Below, piece by piece: positions 49,536 through 59,337 of a DNA stretch of 64,000 bases (the stretch's first letter is position 1; each line of letters begins with the position of its first letter). The position numbers were made by a program, and so were the translations under genes. The stretch comes from an uncultured candidatus Porisulfidus sp. (GTDB taxonomy: Bacteria; Pseudomonadota; Gammaproteobacteria; Poriferisulfidales; Poriferisulfidaceae): positions 480,001 through 544,000 of the forward strand of contig OZ220480.1 in the NCBI GenBank assembly GCA_965116025.1, written 5' to 3'. The notes below the pieces were generated by a model. That model did no database searches. It worked only from the letters and a program-made list of their open reading frames with translations, and was not told the DNA's origin.

Positions 49536-49837
49536 GGTCTCGATCTTGGCGAAATTCGGGCGGCTCGCTCGCTCAGGCGGGGAACGTCTGGCGCGAGAGA
49601 ATCTTCATCTTCGGATTGTACAGCCTGCCCCCCGACGGAAAGGCATGAAAACGTGATTTGGGCGAGCGGACGAGGCGATAACCTGTGCCGCCCGCGACGC
49701 GAAAACCTGCCTGATCCAAAACCGCCCGTGCATGCTTCATGGGCGCGGGCGCTTCCCTCCCGTTCCCGCATCGAAGCGGACGCGCGACCCCGCTCCGCCT
49801 TCGGACCGACCTCTTGCGGAAACCGGACTCTTTCGCC

Positions 49838-50422
49838 TTACGCGAAGACGATCCAGGTGGTCGCCAGATACTTGACCCCCCGCCGCAAGGTGACGCCCCG
49901 GTGCTGGTGGGTCCAGAATGGCGGAAACAGCACCAGCCGGCCCGCGGCGGGCCGGATCTTCACGCCCTGGTGAAGAAACTCGGTCTCGCCGCCCGGCCCC
50001 TCAACGTCGTTGAGATACCAGATCGCCACTAGTTGCCGATCCGCCAGGGCCGCGCTGTCCGCGTCCACATGCCAATGGTAGTACCCGCCCTCGTCGGTGC
50101 GCTGCACCGCGTACCCCTGGTCCTTGAACCGCCCGCGGAAATACGGATACCGACTCCGCAGATCCCGCAACGCCGCGGACAGCGACGAGAACAGCCAGCC
50201 GTCGACGTCCCGCCATTCCGGCCCCGCCAGCGTCAAGTCGGTCGAGCGCTTGAGCTCGAGCCGCTCGACCGCGTCCGCGCCCGCGCGCCCGCGCGCCTTT
50301 CCGGGGTGCGCCTCGAAGCGCTCGATGAGGGTCTGGCACCGCTCGAGCGCGAGAGCGCCGTCCCGCTGCCAGATGAAACTGCCAGGGAGAACCTCGCGCG
50401 ACCCGGACGAGGGCGCGCTCAC
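49838..50422 (-). CDS. 2OG-Fe(II) oxygenase (prolyl-4-hydroxylase-like)
   Basis: 'YHWHVD' (HxD), 'WYLNDV..GGETEF', 'FPPFWTHQHRG', 'KY'; GTGA coupling at 50422. Confidence 0.88.
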   Translation of the reverse strand: MSAPSSGSREVLPGSFIWQRDGALALERCQTLIERFEAHPGKARGRAGADAVERLELKRSTDLTLAGPEWRDVDGWLFSSLSAALRDLRSRYPYFRGRFKDQGYAVQRTDEGGYYHWHVDADSAALADRQLVAIWYLNDVEGPGGETEFLHQGVKIRPAAGRLVLFPPFWTHQHRGVTLRRGVKYLATTWIVFA

Positions 50423-51456
50423 AACGCCGCCTCTTCCAGCAAGCCCACCAATTTCCGCTCTGGACTCCGGCTCCGGCTTCCCGCGCGCAGCAACCGCTTC
50501 GCCACCTTCTCCCAGTGGGCGCGGCCCCGGTCGATCATCCTTCGCAAGGCGCCGTCGTCGCGCTCGTCCCGCCAGCGATCCAGCGCCTTCACCAATTCCG
50601 GAAACAACTGTCCGCGCAGAGCCGTCAGGCTGGCTCGATAGAACAGCAAAGCGGCGCGGTCGCCGTCCGCCAGCAAGGCCGGCAGAGTCACCTGGCAATC
50701 GGCCCAGTGGTCGCGCGCCGCGCGCAGGCCAAGTTCCGCTCTCCCGCGAGGCAAGCCGTGCAGCAACTCGCGCCAGCCATCTCCCAGCTCGCGCCCCACC
50801 TCGATCTCGCCGATCTCGTGCAGGATCAGGGTCCGCGACTCGCGCTCCGTCATCGCGTCGAGCGCCGATTCCATATCCTCGTCGAAAGGATAGCAGCGCA
50901 AGGCTTCGCCCAAGGCGTTTCGCCTTCGGCTCCAGCGCCATTCCTGAAGACGCTCCCACAGCATGCGCCTCAGGGACTCGCGGCGCACGAAAATGGTCTG
51001 GCCCAGCGTCATCGCCGGCGGCGCGGCCAAGTCCCGCGCGCATTCCTCTCGAGCCTGGTAAATCCGACATCCCGCCCGACCGCCCTCGCCCAGCAGGCGG
51101 CCCAAGAAAAAATGCGGGGCCTTGTTCACGCCCAACCCCGCGCTGTAGACGTACCCTTCCGGCAACAGCGCCCGGTTGATCCCCTCGGCGTCGAACGGGT
51201 CGTACTCCCGTCCCTGGATCGGCACCGGGCGATAGGGCTCCTCGCCCAACTTCTCCCAACGCTCCTCCCGCTCCTGGATCCAGCGCCCCACCGCCTCGTT
51301 CGGCAGGGTCGCCGTGAAGTCCAGCCCCATCTCCCAGCGAAAGTACTCGCGCATCTTCAGCAGATACACGCACATGGTCAGGGCGCCCGCGTGGCGGGCG
51401 TCGGCGATGTCGCAGTTGATCTGGACTCGCTCACACAGAGGCTGAATCGGCGTCAT
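50419..51456 (-). CDS. Conserved hypothetical protein, Sfum_1244-like
   Basis: 'VQ.NC.IADARHAG...MCVYLLKMREYFRWE', 'YDPFD..IN..L', 'LHE.GE', 'RA.RD..AD'. Confidence 0.75.
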   Translation of the reverse strand: MTPIQPLCERVQINCDIADARHAGALTMCVYLLKMREYFRWEMGLDFTATLPNEAVGRWIQEREERWEKLGEEPYRPVPIQGREYDPFDAEGINRALLPEGYVYSAGLGVNKAPHFFLGRLLGEGGRAGCRIYQAREECARDLAAPPAMTLGQTIFVRRESLRRMLWERLQEWRWSRRRNALGEALRCYPFDEDMESALDAMTERESRTLILHEIGEIEVGRELGDGWRELLHGLPRGRAELGLRAARDHWADCQVTLPALLADGDRAALLFYRASLTALRGQLFPELVKALDRWRDERDDGALRRMIDRGRAHWEKVAKRLLRAGSRSRSPERKLVGLLEEAAL

Positions 51457-51562
51457 TTCCAGTCACGACGGGAGAAAGAGAGCGCTTCCGGCCCTCCTAT
51501 CGTGGCGAAAATCGCGCGGTCGTCAAGGCGCGCCGTGTTAGCATCACCGCCCAAACGCCGCC

Positions 51563-52123
51563 ATGCCGCGCCTCTCCCAGCATTGGAACCAACGCGAAAC
51601 GCCGCGCGACGCGGGCCAGACCGCCAGCGCCCTGTCCGTCAATATCTGGAAGATCTCGAGCGCGGCCCTGCTCGCGCTCGAGAACGAGGGATTCGAGACT
51701 TCCGGCTGGTCGCGGCGGCTGGACGTGATCGGCCACTTCGCTATCTTTGGCGCGCATCTGGTCGACCGCGAGGCGAGCGCGCGCCTGCCGGATGAGGAGC
51801 GGGCCCGGCTTATTCCCTCGCTCGCCAAGCACTTGGCGGCGCTGATGCAGGACAATCGCCAGGAGTGCGGCGACCCGGGAGAGCACGCGCGGCGCTTCCT
51901 CGACCAGTTCAACGAGCGATCCGATCTCTACTCTGGCTGCCAATGGTCCGAGGAGACGGGACCGGGCTTCGCGATGCGCCGGGCGCTCGGCGACGCGGTG
52001 GCCGACAGCATGGAGAAGAAAGACCGGGAATGGATCGCCACCTACGTCATCGACCGCGAGGCGCCCAAGCTCGCGACCTCGTTGCGGCGGACTCTGCGGA
52101 GTCTGGTTCGAGGGAAGAGGTAG
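51563..52123 (+). CDS. Conserved hypothetical protein
   Basis: Clean 186-aa helical ORF divergent from the Sfum_1244-like gene; 'F..HLVDR', 'N.R...Y', 'W...VID.EAP'. Confidence 0.75.
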   Translation: MPRLSQHWNQRETPRDAGQTASALSVNIWKISSAALLALENEGFETSGWSRRLDVIGHFAIFGAHLVDREASARLPDEERARLIPSLAKHLAALMQDNRQECGDPGEHARRFLDQFNERSDLYSGCQWSEETGPGFAMRRALGDAVADSMEKKDREWIATYVIDREAPKLATSLRRTLRSLVRGKR

Positions 52124-52170
52124 GCGTCTCGCTCGAATTTTCGAGCCGCCAGAGATAACATCCGGGAACC

Positions 52171-53187
52171 ATGAACGCCGAAGACACGATCCAGGCGAGG
52201 GCCACCGCGAACAAGTGGATTTCCGACCACTTCCCAACGCACAGAAAGCACATCACCCAAGTCTCGCCAGCATACAGCGAGTCGGAAAAAGTTTGGCTGA
52301 TCGGGTTGGCGGCCCGGGATCTGGATGGCGTTCCGACCATGCTGGGCTCCTTGCTGATCGATGATCGGTGGGCGGTGATCGAGGCGCGAGACCCGGAGAA
52401 GGTTTCCGCGGATCTTTCGCGGATTTTGGAAACTCGGGAAAAGACCGGGATCGTCGCCGGCGACCAACTCGACGGAACCGGCTATCAGTTCGTCCAAGGC
52501 GATGGAATCGAGGGGGCTGCCAAACTGAAGGACCAATCCGTCGACCTTCTGCTGACGGATCCACCTTATGGAATCAGCAACCCATACGCATGCGAGACGC
52601 AAATCCCGCGCAGGCTACGGAAGAATGGCGCGGACTTCATCATGCCGAGAGGGTGCTTCGGGAGTTGGGACTACGATTTCCGGCCCGAGGAATGGACCGG
52701 TATCGTCTTGCCGAAAGTGAAGGGGTGGGCGATCATCTTCTGCGCGCAAGCGCGGATAGGCGAGTATTCCGACATTCTGGAGCGACACGGCTTCGTCGCC
52801 GTGGGAACCATGGTTTGGCGGAAAACGAACCCTGTCCCGTTCAATCATAGATTCAAGCCCATCAACGCCTGGGAAGCGCTGGTGATCGGGAAGCGGCCCG
52901 GAACGAGATTTCACGGTCGCGTGGTGCACAACGTTTTCACCTGCAAGTCTCCCTCGCCACAAGAGAGGATTCACCCGACGCAAAAACCCCTGCAGCTGAT
53001 CAAGAGGTTCCTGACCTTGTTCAGCGACGAGGGAGACCTCGTGCTCGATCCGTTCGCCGGTAGCGCGACGACGGTGCTCGCGGCGGCGAGCATGGGCAGG
53101 AAAATCATCGCCTATGAGAAAGACGCGGAATTCTACAATCTCGCCTGCAGTCGCGTGCGAAAAGAGTTTGGGAAGAGTGCGCCATAA
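52171..53187 (+). CDS. Orphan site-specific DNA methyltransferase (beta class N4-C/N6-A) with N-terminal extension
   Basis: 'VDLLLTDPPY' before 'HPTQKP' and 'VLDPFAGSAT'; no adjacent nuclease. Confidence 0.9.
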   Translation: MNAEDTIQARATANKWISDHFPTHRKHITQVSPAYSESEKVWLIGLAARDLDGVPTMLGSLLIDDRWAVIEARDPEKVSADLSRILETREKTGIVAGDQLDGTGYQFVQGDGIEGAAKLKDQSVDLLLTDPPYGISNPYACETQIPRRLRKNGADFIMPRGCFGSWDYDFRPEEWTGIVLPKVKGWAIIFCAQARIGEYSDILERHGFVAVGTMVWRKTNPVPFNHRFKPINAWEALVIGKRPGTRFHGRVVHNVFTCKSPSPQERIHPTQKPLQLIKRFLTLFSDEGDLVLDPFAGSATTVLAAASMGRKIIAYEKDAEFYNLACSRVRKEFGKSAP

Positions 53188-53425
53188 GCTAGGCAAGCGG
53201 GCATCATAAAGAAGCCGGGCGCGAGACGCATGGCGGAAGAAAGCCTAGCTACCGCGCTCTTCGGAAAGCCGCGAACTTTCCAGACGATATTCAAGTCATC
53301 AGCCGAGTGGAACGCGCGAGTTTCGAGGCATGCGGAATATCAAGCCGCGCAGTCGATGACCGCCCAAGAGCGGAGGACCGTTCACGGAAATCGCTTCCGG
53401 CGGAATCGGCCGATCCGTCGCGGAG

Positions 53426-53617
53426 TCACGTCCAATTCCCGAAATTTCCGGTCTCCTTTTCCTTACCGTCCTCGAAGCCGGCCTGATAGGCCTCAGTGAC
53501 GCGCTGCTCCTCACGCGGCGGATGGCCCAGATAGCCGCCCTGCCAGCCAAGAACGTACTCGGGGTTAACTCCCAGCTCCTCCATGCGGGTGATCGCGTCT
53601 CGATAGGTTTGATCCAT
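53426..53617 (-). CDS. Alvin_2107-like small protein linked to sulfur-globule oxidation
   Basis: 'Y.DA..RME..GV..EY..GW.GGYL..P.REEQR.TEAY.AG.EDG' matches my recollection of the family. Confidence 0.75.
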   Translation of the reverse strand: MDQTYRDAITRMEELGVNPEYVLGWQGGYLGHPPREEQRVTEAYQAGFEDGKEKETGNFGNWT

Positions 53618-53718
53618 TAGTCTTCCGCTCGCTCGTCCACGAGAGATCGCATTTTAACACGTCTCCCGCTTCGTCTGCTCTAAAATACGCCTCCGCCAGC
53701 GATCCACCCTCCAACCCG

Positions 53719-54042
53719 ATGTCCCGCGCACGAATCCCCGCCTTGCGCCACCTGGCCCAGACGCTCCCGCTCGGCGTGGGAGTCGCGCTGGCGGCTCTTT
53801 ATCTGATCCAGTTCGACGATCCGCCCTACCCCGCTCTAGTGCCCGTCGCCTTCTGGTTCTTCTACTTGATGTATCTGAGCCTGCTCTGGTCGCTTCGACT
53901 TCTGGGCGGCGGACCCTCGATCTGGCGACAGTCCATGGCGCTCATCGCGAGCGCGACGCTCACCGTCGCCCTGTATCTGGCCGGCCACGTCGGCGAGCAG
54001 CAGCGCGACATCCATCTGCGGGACCGCAGTCTCAGCGACTGA
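53719..54042 (+). CDS. Hypothetical membrane protein (3 TM)
   Basis: Hydrophobic helices; ends 2 nt before cysS. Confidence 0.6.
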   Translation: MSRARIPALRHLAQTLPLGVGVALAALYLIQFDDPPYPALVPVAFWFFYLMYLSLLWSLRLLGGGPSIWRQSMALIASATLTVALYLAGHVGEQQRDIHLRDRSLSD

Positions 54043-54044
54043 CC

Positions 54045-55418
54045 ATGCTTCGCCTTCATGACACCGCGACGCGCGCGAAGCGCGTCTTCGAGCCGCTCGA
54101 CCCGGAGCGCGTCACCCTGTACGTCTGCGGCCCCACCGTCTACGACCACATTCATATCGGCAACGCTCGCCCGCTGGTAGTGTTCGACGTGCTGGTCCGG
54201 GCGCTGCGCCGTCTCTATCCCCAAGTGATCTACGCGCGCAATCTGACCGACATCGACGACAAGATTCTGGCCCGGGCCGAGCGGGAGGGCTGCCGGCACG
54301 ACGAGCTGACCGCCCGCTTCACTCAGGCCTTCCACGACGTATGCGACAGGCTTGGAGGGCTCCCTGTGGATCTGGAGCCACGGGCGACCGAGACCATTCC
54401 AGCCATGCTGGAGATGATCCAGACCTTGCTGGATTCGGGCCACGCCTACCAGGCGGAGGAGCACGTCCTGTTTTCGGTGGAACGTTTCGAGGGGTACGGC
54501 GCCCTGTCGGGTCGGCGCGTGGAGGAGATGAGCCCCGGCGCCCGCGTGAAGGTCGCCGACTACAAGCGCGACCCGGCGGATTTCGTGCTGTGGAAGCCCT
54601 CGACGCCGGAGCAACCGGGGTGGGACGGCCCGTTCGGGCGAGGACGGCCAGGCTGGCACCTGGAGTGCTCCTGCATGATCGCCCACCATTTGGGTCCAAC
54701 CATCGACATTCATGGCGGCGGGCAGGACCTGGTGTTTCCTCACCATGAGAACGAGCGCGCGCAGAGTCTCTGCGCCTATCCCGGCGAATCGTTCGCGCGA
54801 CTGTGGATGCACAACGGCTACGTCACGGTCGACGGCGAGAAGATGTCCAAGTCCATAGGCAACGTCCGCCTGGTCCAGGACCTGCTCAACCAACACCCGG
54901 GCGAGCTGTTGCGCCTCGCCCTGCTGCACGCGCATTACCGCAAGCCGCTGGACTGGACCGACGACCTGCTCGTCGAGGCCCGCCAGACCCTGGACCGGCT
55001 TTACCGCGCTTGGCAAGACGCGGGGAGCCCGGAAGCCGACGGGATTGAGCCGGACGCGGAATTCCTGCAGGCCCTGCATGACGACCTGAACACCCCACTG
55101 GCCCTGCGGCGCCTTCGGCGCGAGGCCGCGGACCTAGCCCATTTGCGGGGAGCGCGCCGGACGGAGGCCGCCCAGCGGTTGCGCGCGGGCGCCCAAACGC
55201 TCGGACTGCTCGAGTCCTCCGCCGAGGAATGGTTCCATGCCAGCGCGGCTTCTGGAGGACTGGACGACGCCGAGATCGAGTCCCTGCTGGCCGAGCGGGA
55301 GACCGCCCGCCAAAACGGGGACTACGTGGAGGCCGACCGCATCCGCGAGAAACTGACGGAGGCGGGAATCGCGGTCGAGGACCTGGCTGGCGGCAGCCAC
55401 TGGCGGCGAGTCATGTAG
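54045..55418 (+). CDS. cysS: Cysteine-tRNA ligase
   Basis: 'YVCGPTVY', 'HIGN', 'GRPGWHLEC', 'KMSKS'. Confidence 0.97.
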   Translation: MLRLHDTATRAKRVFEPLDPERVTLYVCGPTVYDHIHIGNARPLVVFDVLVRALRRLYPQVIYARNLTDIDDKILARAEREGCRHDELTARFTQAFHDVCDRLGGLPVDLEPRATETIPAMLEMIQTLLDSGHAYQAEEHVLFSVERFEGYGALSGRRVEEMSPGARVKVADYKRDPADFVLWKPSTPEQPGWDGPFGRGRPGWHLECSCMIAHHLGPTIDIHGGGQDLVFPHHENERAQSLCAYPGESFARLWMHNGYVTVDGEKMSKSIGNVRLVQDLLNQHPGELLRLALLHAHYRKPLDWTDDLLVEARQTLDRLYRAWQDAGSPEADGIEPDAEFLQALHDDLNTPLALRRLRREAADLAHLRGARRTEAAQRLRAGAQTLGLLESSAEEWFHASAASGGLDDAEIESLLAERETARQNGDYVEADRIREKLTEAGIAVEDLAGGSHWRRVM

Positions 55419-55451
55419 ACTGCATCGTCGGAATAGTTTTTTCTTCGCGCG

Positions 55452-55922
55452 ATGGCTTCTTTGTTTTTTCCTCGGGAGAGCGTCGAGCAGGTCGAGGAAG
55501 GCGACCGGCTGGCGCCGAAATTCGATTCGAACGGCCTGATCCCCGTCGTCACGACCGACCACGAATCCGGCGACGTGCTGATGGTCGCATGCCAGAACGC
55601 GGAGGCGCTGAGGCGAACCATCGAGAGCGGCGAGGCCTGGTACTACAGCCGCAGTCGCCAGTGCCTGTGGCGCAAGGGCGACACCAGCGGGCTCGTGCAG
55701 AAGGTGCGCGAGCTGCGCGTCGATGACGACCAGGACGCCATCTGGATGCGGGTGACGGTGGAAGGCTCCGGGGCCAGTTGCCATGTCGGCTACCGCTCCT
55801 GCTTCTACCGCAGGGTGCCTACGGGAAAGTCGGCCGGGCGGGCGCTGGAGTTTCTGGAACGCGAGAAAACCTTCGATCCCGAGGAAGTCTACGGCGACGC
55901 TGAGAACCCGACCCGCCTGTAG
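55452..55922 (+). CDS. hisI: Phosphoribosyl-AMP cyclohydrolase
   Basis: 'GLIPVV', 'YYSRSR..LW.KG.TSG', 'DDDQD', '[11 protein letters not shown]'. Confidence 0.93.
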   Translation: MASLFFPRESVEQVEEGDRLAPKFDSNGLIPVVTTDHESGDVLMVACQNAEALRRTIESGEAWYYSRSRQCLWRKGDTSGLVQKVRELRVDDDQDAIWMRVTVEGSGASCHVGYRSCFYRRVPTGKSAGRALEFLEREKTFDPEEVYGDAENPTRL

Positions 55923-55937
55923 GTCGGGGAATCCCCG

Positions 55938-58900
55938 ATGTCCTCGACTTTCCGACTGCTGCTGACACGGCGGCTCGGCCCCTTCTTTCTCACCCAACTG
56001 ACCGGGGCGTACAACGACAACGTCTTTCGCAACGCCCTGGTCGTCCTGATCACCTATCGCATCACCGAGCTGGCCGGGTTCGGCAGCGAGCAGTTGGTCG
56101 CCGCTTCCGCCGGCATATTCCTGCTTCCGTTCCTGCTGTTTTCCGCTCTCGGAGGGAAGCTGGCCGACCATCTCCCGCGCCACCGACTGATCCAGCGCAT
56201 CAAACTGGCGGAATGCGTTCTGATGGCGCTGACCTGGATCGGCTTCGCCACCGGGTCGATCGGCTTCCTGTTCGCTATCCTGTTCCTGACCGGATTGCAG
56301 TCCGCCCTGTTCGGCCCGGTGAAGTACGCCATCCTTCCCGGCCTGCTGTCGCGCGCCGAACTGCTGGCCGGAAACGCTTGGGTGGCGGTCGGCACGTTCG
56401 TCTCGATTTTGGCCGGCAGCCTGACCGGCGCGTTGCTCATCGGCGTTCCCGACGCCTCTCTCTGGGTTCCCGGCGTGCTGGTGGCGAGCGCGGCCGCGGG
56501 CTACCTGGCGAGTCACCGGATCCCGGTCCAGCCCCCCGGAGAGGCCGGACTGCGATTCTCTCTCGAGCCTTTCGGCGAGACATGGCGAATCCTGCGCGAG
56601 GGGCTGGCCGAGCCGCGCCTGGCTTGGCTGATGCTCGCCATCAGCTGGTTCTGGATGATCGGGGTGGGCATGCTCGTGCAGCTGCCGCTGTTCGTCCGAG
56701 ACGTTCTGGCTGGCGACGAGCGGGCGATGGCCGGAGCGCTCGCGATCTTCACCGTCGGGGTCGGTCTCGGAGCCCTGCTCTGCAACCGCTGGCTCGGCAG
56801 CGCGGCGCGGGCGACCTGGGCGCCACTGGCCGCGGCGGCCCTCGGCGCCGGATTCGCGGCACTGAGCCTCGCGCCCCAGGCCGACGCTCCGCTCCGCGGT
56901 TTCGGCGCGTTGCTGGAAGACCCCCAGGCCGTGAGCTCCCTTGGGATTCTGCTCGCGGTCGCCGTGGCGGGAGGCTTCTACGTCACGCCGCTATACACCC
57001 TGGTGCAGCAACGCGCTCCAGAAGAACGGCGCGCTCGGATCATCGCCTGCAACAATATTCTCAACGCCCTTTTCATGGTGCTGGCGTCGGTGATGTCGAT
57101 CACCATTTTCCAGTTTGGGGGAACCATCGCCACTCTATGGCTGGCGATGGCCGCGACCGCCGTCGCCGCGGCTCTGGCCTTGCTGCTCATCACGCGCGGC
57201 GGCTTTCGCCGCGTCCCTCTGTGGACGGTCGCGTCACTCGCGCTAACCTCGGAGTCCCCGCCGCCCGGCTCGCTGGTTTTCGCCCGGCGCGGAAGCGCGT
57301 GGGTCGCCTGGGCGCTGGCGGCCGCCATTCCAAGCAAGACCGAGATTCACCTCGATCCTTCTCTAGCGCGTCGCGCCAGCATGCGCCTGCTCGCCCGCTG
57401 GGCTCGACTGAGACCGCTGGATCCCGCCGCCATTGATGATCAATGGCCGGACAGCGGGTACGGAGGCGACGCGTCGCCCGTCACGTTGATTCTTTTCTCG
57501 GCCGACCCGCGCGGCCAAGCCGCAACGCTGGAGCTGACGCGGATCGCCCGGCAGAGATCGGACCGCCCCGTCTGGGTCGCGCGCGCTAGCGACCCGGGAC
57601 TCCGCGCGCCACGTCTCTACCCGCGCGTTCAGGTGGGATTCGAGCGTTGCCCACTACCGCCGCGCGCGAGCGAGGACCCTGAGGCCGCCCGCCGCGAAGC
57701 CCTGAAGATCTACGACGCGCTGTGCGATCTGGACTACCGGACGCGACGCGAGGAACGCTCGACGCTGCAATCCCTGTACGCCGCCGCCCGAAAGTTCGGG
57801 GGCGGTTACCCTATTCTGGCCGATCTGGAGCGGTCCCTAACCTATCGCCAATTGCTGCGAGCGGTCCACGCCGTCGCCCTGTCGCTTGAGCGGACCTTGC
57901 CCAAGGAACAGGACACGATCGGCATTTTGCTTCCGAACGTGACGGCCATGCCGGTCATCTTCTTCGCCTCGCACGCGCTGGGCCGCGTCCCGGTCATGCT
58001 TAATTACACCGCCGGGCCGAGCAACGTCGTCAGCGCGTGCCGCACCGCGGGGCTGACCCACATCGTGACGTCCCGCCAGTTCGTCGAGAAAGCCGGCTTG
58101 GGAGATATGGCCGACGCCCTCGCCAAGGACCACATCCTGATTTGGCTGGAAGACCTGAGGGCGCGGATGAGCGGCGGCGTGAAGGTCGCCGCCGCCTGGC
58201 GCGCCGCCCGCCCTCCGCGAGGCAGCGACCCCTCAGATCCCGCCGTGGTGTTGTTCACATCTGGATCCGAGGGCGAGCCCAAAGGCGTGGTGCTGAGTCA
58301 CCGGAACCTGCAACGCAATCGATGCCAGGTCCGCGCCGTGCTGGACCTGAGCCCCGAAGATCGCCTGCTGCTGTGCCTCCCGACCTTTCACTCGTTCGCC
58401 CTTGGCGTCGGTTTGCTACTTCCGCTGATGTCCGGAATCCGCTGCCACCTGTATCCCAGTCCGCTGCTCTACAAGCAGATTCCGAAACGAATCCGCGAAC
58501 TCGGCATCACCGTGTTCTTCTCCACCGACACGTTCCTGAAAGGGTACGGGCAGGCGGCGAGCCGAAAAGACCTCGAGAGCCTGCGGCTGATCGTGGCGGG
58601 GGCCGAACCCCTCAAGTCGAGCACCCGGAAGCTCTGGAAAGAGCGTTTCGGGCTGACCGTCCACGAAGGATACGGAGTGACCGAGACCTCTCCCGCGGTG
58701 AGCGCCAACACGCCCGCCTGTGATCGTCCCGGGTCGGTCGGCCGCCTGATGCCGGAGATCGAGGCGCGCCTCGAGCCGCTGGGCGAGGATCAAGACGGCG
58801 GTGTCCCCGTCCGCCGAGGCCGCCTGTTCCTGCGCGGCCCGAACGTGATGTCCGGCTATTGGATGCCCGGAGAGAATCGGTTGTTGACGCCGCCGGACGA

Positions 58901-59282
58901 CGGCTGGCACGACACCGGCGATGTCGCCGAACTCGATGAGGACGGCTTCCTGTTCCTGCGCGGGCGCGCCAAGCGCTTCGCCAAGATCGGTGGCGAGATG
59001 GTGTCGCTGGCCCATGTGGAACAGCAGGTCAGCGAAGTATGGCCGGAATCCCGCCATATCGTCTGCGCGGTCGAGCATCCGACACGCGGCGAGCAACTGG
59101 TGCTAATCACCGAGCGGCCGGAACCGGACCGAAACCTGCTAGGACAGGCGCTGGGCAAGCGGGGAGTGGCCGAGTTGGCGCGTCCGCGACTGATTCTTCC
59201 AGTCGAAAGCCTGCCACTCCTAGGTAGCGGAAAGCCAGACCTGCGAAAGGCGCAGGAGCTGGCCCTCTCGGTGCTACACTAG
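55938..59282 (+). CDS. Aas-like fusion: LplT-type MFS transporter, degenerate acyltransferase domain and acyl-ACP synthetase
   Basis: 'F.TQ..GA.NDN.F', 'FGPVKYAILP'; 'FTSGSEG.PKGV', 'EGYG.TE', 'DTGD', 'GRAKRFAKIGGEMVSL', 'GSGKPD'. Confidence 0.88.
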   Translation: MSSTFRLLLTRRLGPFFLTQLTGAYNDNVFRNALVVLITYRITELAGFGSEQLVAASAGIFLLPFLLFSALGGKLADHLPRHRLIQRIKLAECVLMALTWIGFATGSIGFLFAILFLTGLQSALFGPVKYAILPGLLSRAELLAGNAWVAVGTFVSILAGSLTGALLIGVPDASLWVPGVLVASAAAGYLASHRIPVQPPGEAGLRFSLEPFGETWRILREGLAEPRLAWLMLAISWFWMIGVGMLVQLPLFVRDVLAGDERAMAGALAIFTVGVGLGALLCNRWLGSAARATWAPLAAAALGAGFAALSLAPQADAPLRGFGALLEDPQAVSSLGILLAVAVAGGFYVTPLYTLVQQRAPEERRARIIACNNILNALFMVLASVMSITIFQFGGTIATLWLAMAATAVAAALALLLITRGGFRRVPLWTVASLALTSESPPPGSLVFARRGSAWVAWALAAAIPSKTEIHLDPSLARRASMRLLARWARLRPLDPAAIDDQWPDSGYGGDASPVTLILFSADPRGQAATLELTRIARQRSDRPVWVARASDPGLRAPRLYPRVQVGFERCPLPPRASEDPEAARREALKIYDALCDLDYRTRREERSTLQSLYAAARKFGGGYPILADLERSLTYRQLLRAVHAVALSLERTLPKEQDTIGILLPNVTAMPVIFFASHALGRVPVMLNYTAGPSNVVSACRTAGLTHIVTSRQFVEKAGLGDMADALAKDHILIWLEDLRARMSGGVKVAAAWRAARPPRGSDPSDPAVVLFTSGSEGEPKGVVLSHRNLQRNRCQVRAVLDLSPEDRLLLCLPTFHSFALGVGLLLPLMSGIRCHLYPSPLLYKQIPKRIRELGITVFFSTDTFLKGYGQAASRKDLESLRLIVAGAEPLKSSTRKLWKERFGLTVHEGYGVTETSPAVSANTPACDRPGSVGRLMPEIEARLEPLGEDQDGGVPVRRGRLFLRGPNVMSGYWMPGENRLLTPPDDGWHDTGDVAELDEDGFLFLRGRAKRFAKIGGEMVSLAHVEQQVSEVWPESRHIVCAVEHPTRGEQLVLITERPEPDRNLLGQALGKRGVAELARPRLILPVESLPLLGSGKPDLRKAQELALSVLH

Positions 59283-59337
59283 CCTCCAGACTCGCGGATC
59301 AGAGCGGTCTCCCACGGAAGTCCATCGCGCGGCGCGC

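Noticed and set aside
52124-53229. 9-bp inverted repeat GCGTCTCGC/GCGAGACGC flanking the orphan MTase as transposon ends
   Set aside because: Too short and GC-rich; no target-site duplication or transposase
53230-53499. 89-aa ORF after the orphan MTase as a partner nuclease
   Set aside because: Short, no nuclease motif, and overlaps the better-supported Alvin_2107-like gene on the opposite strand
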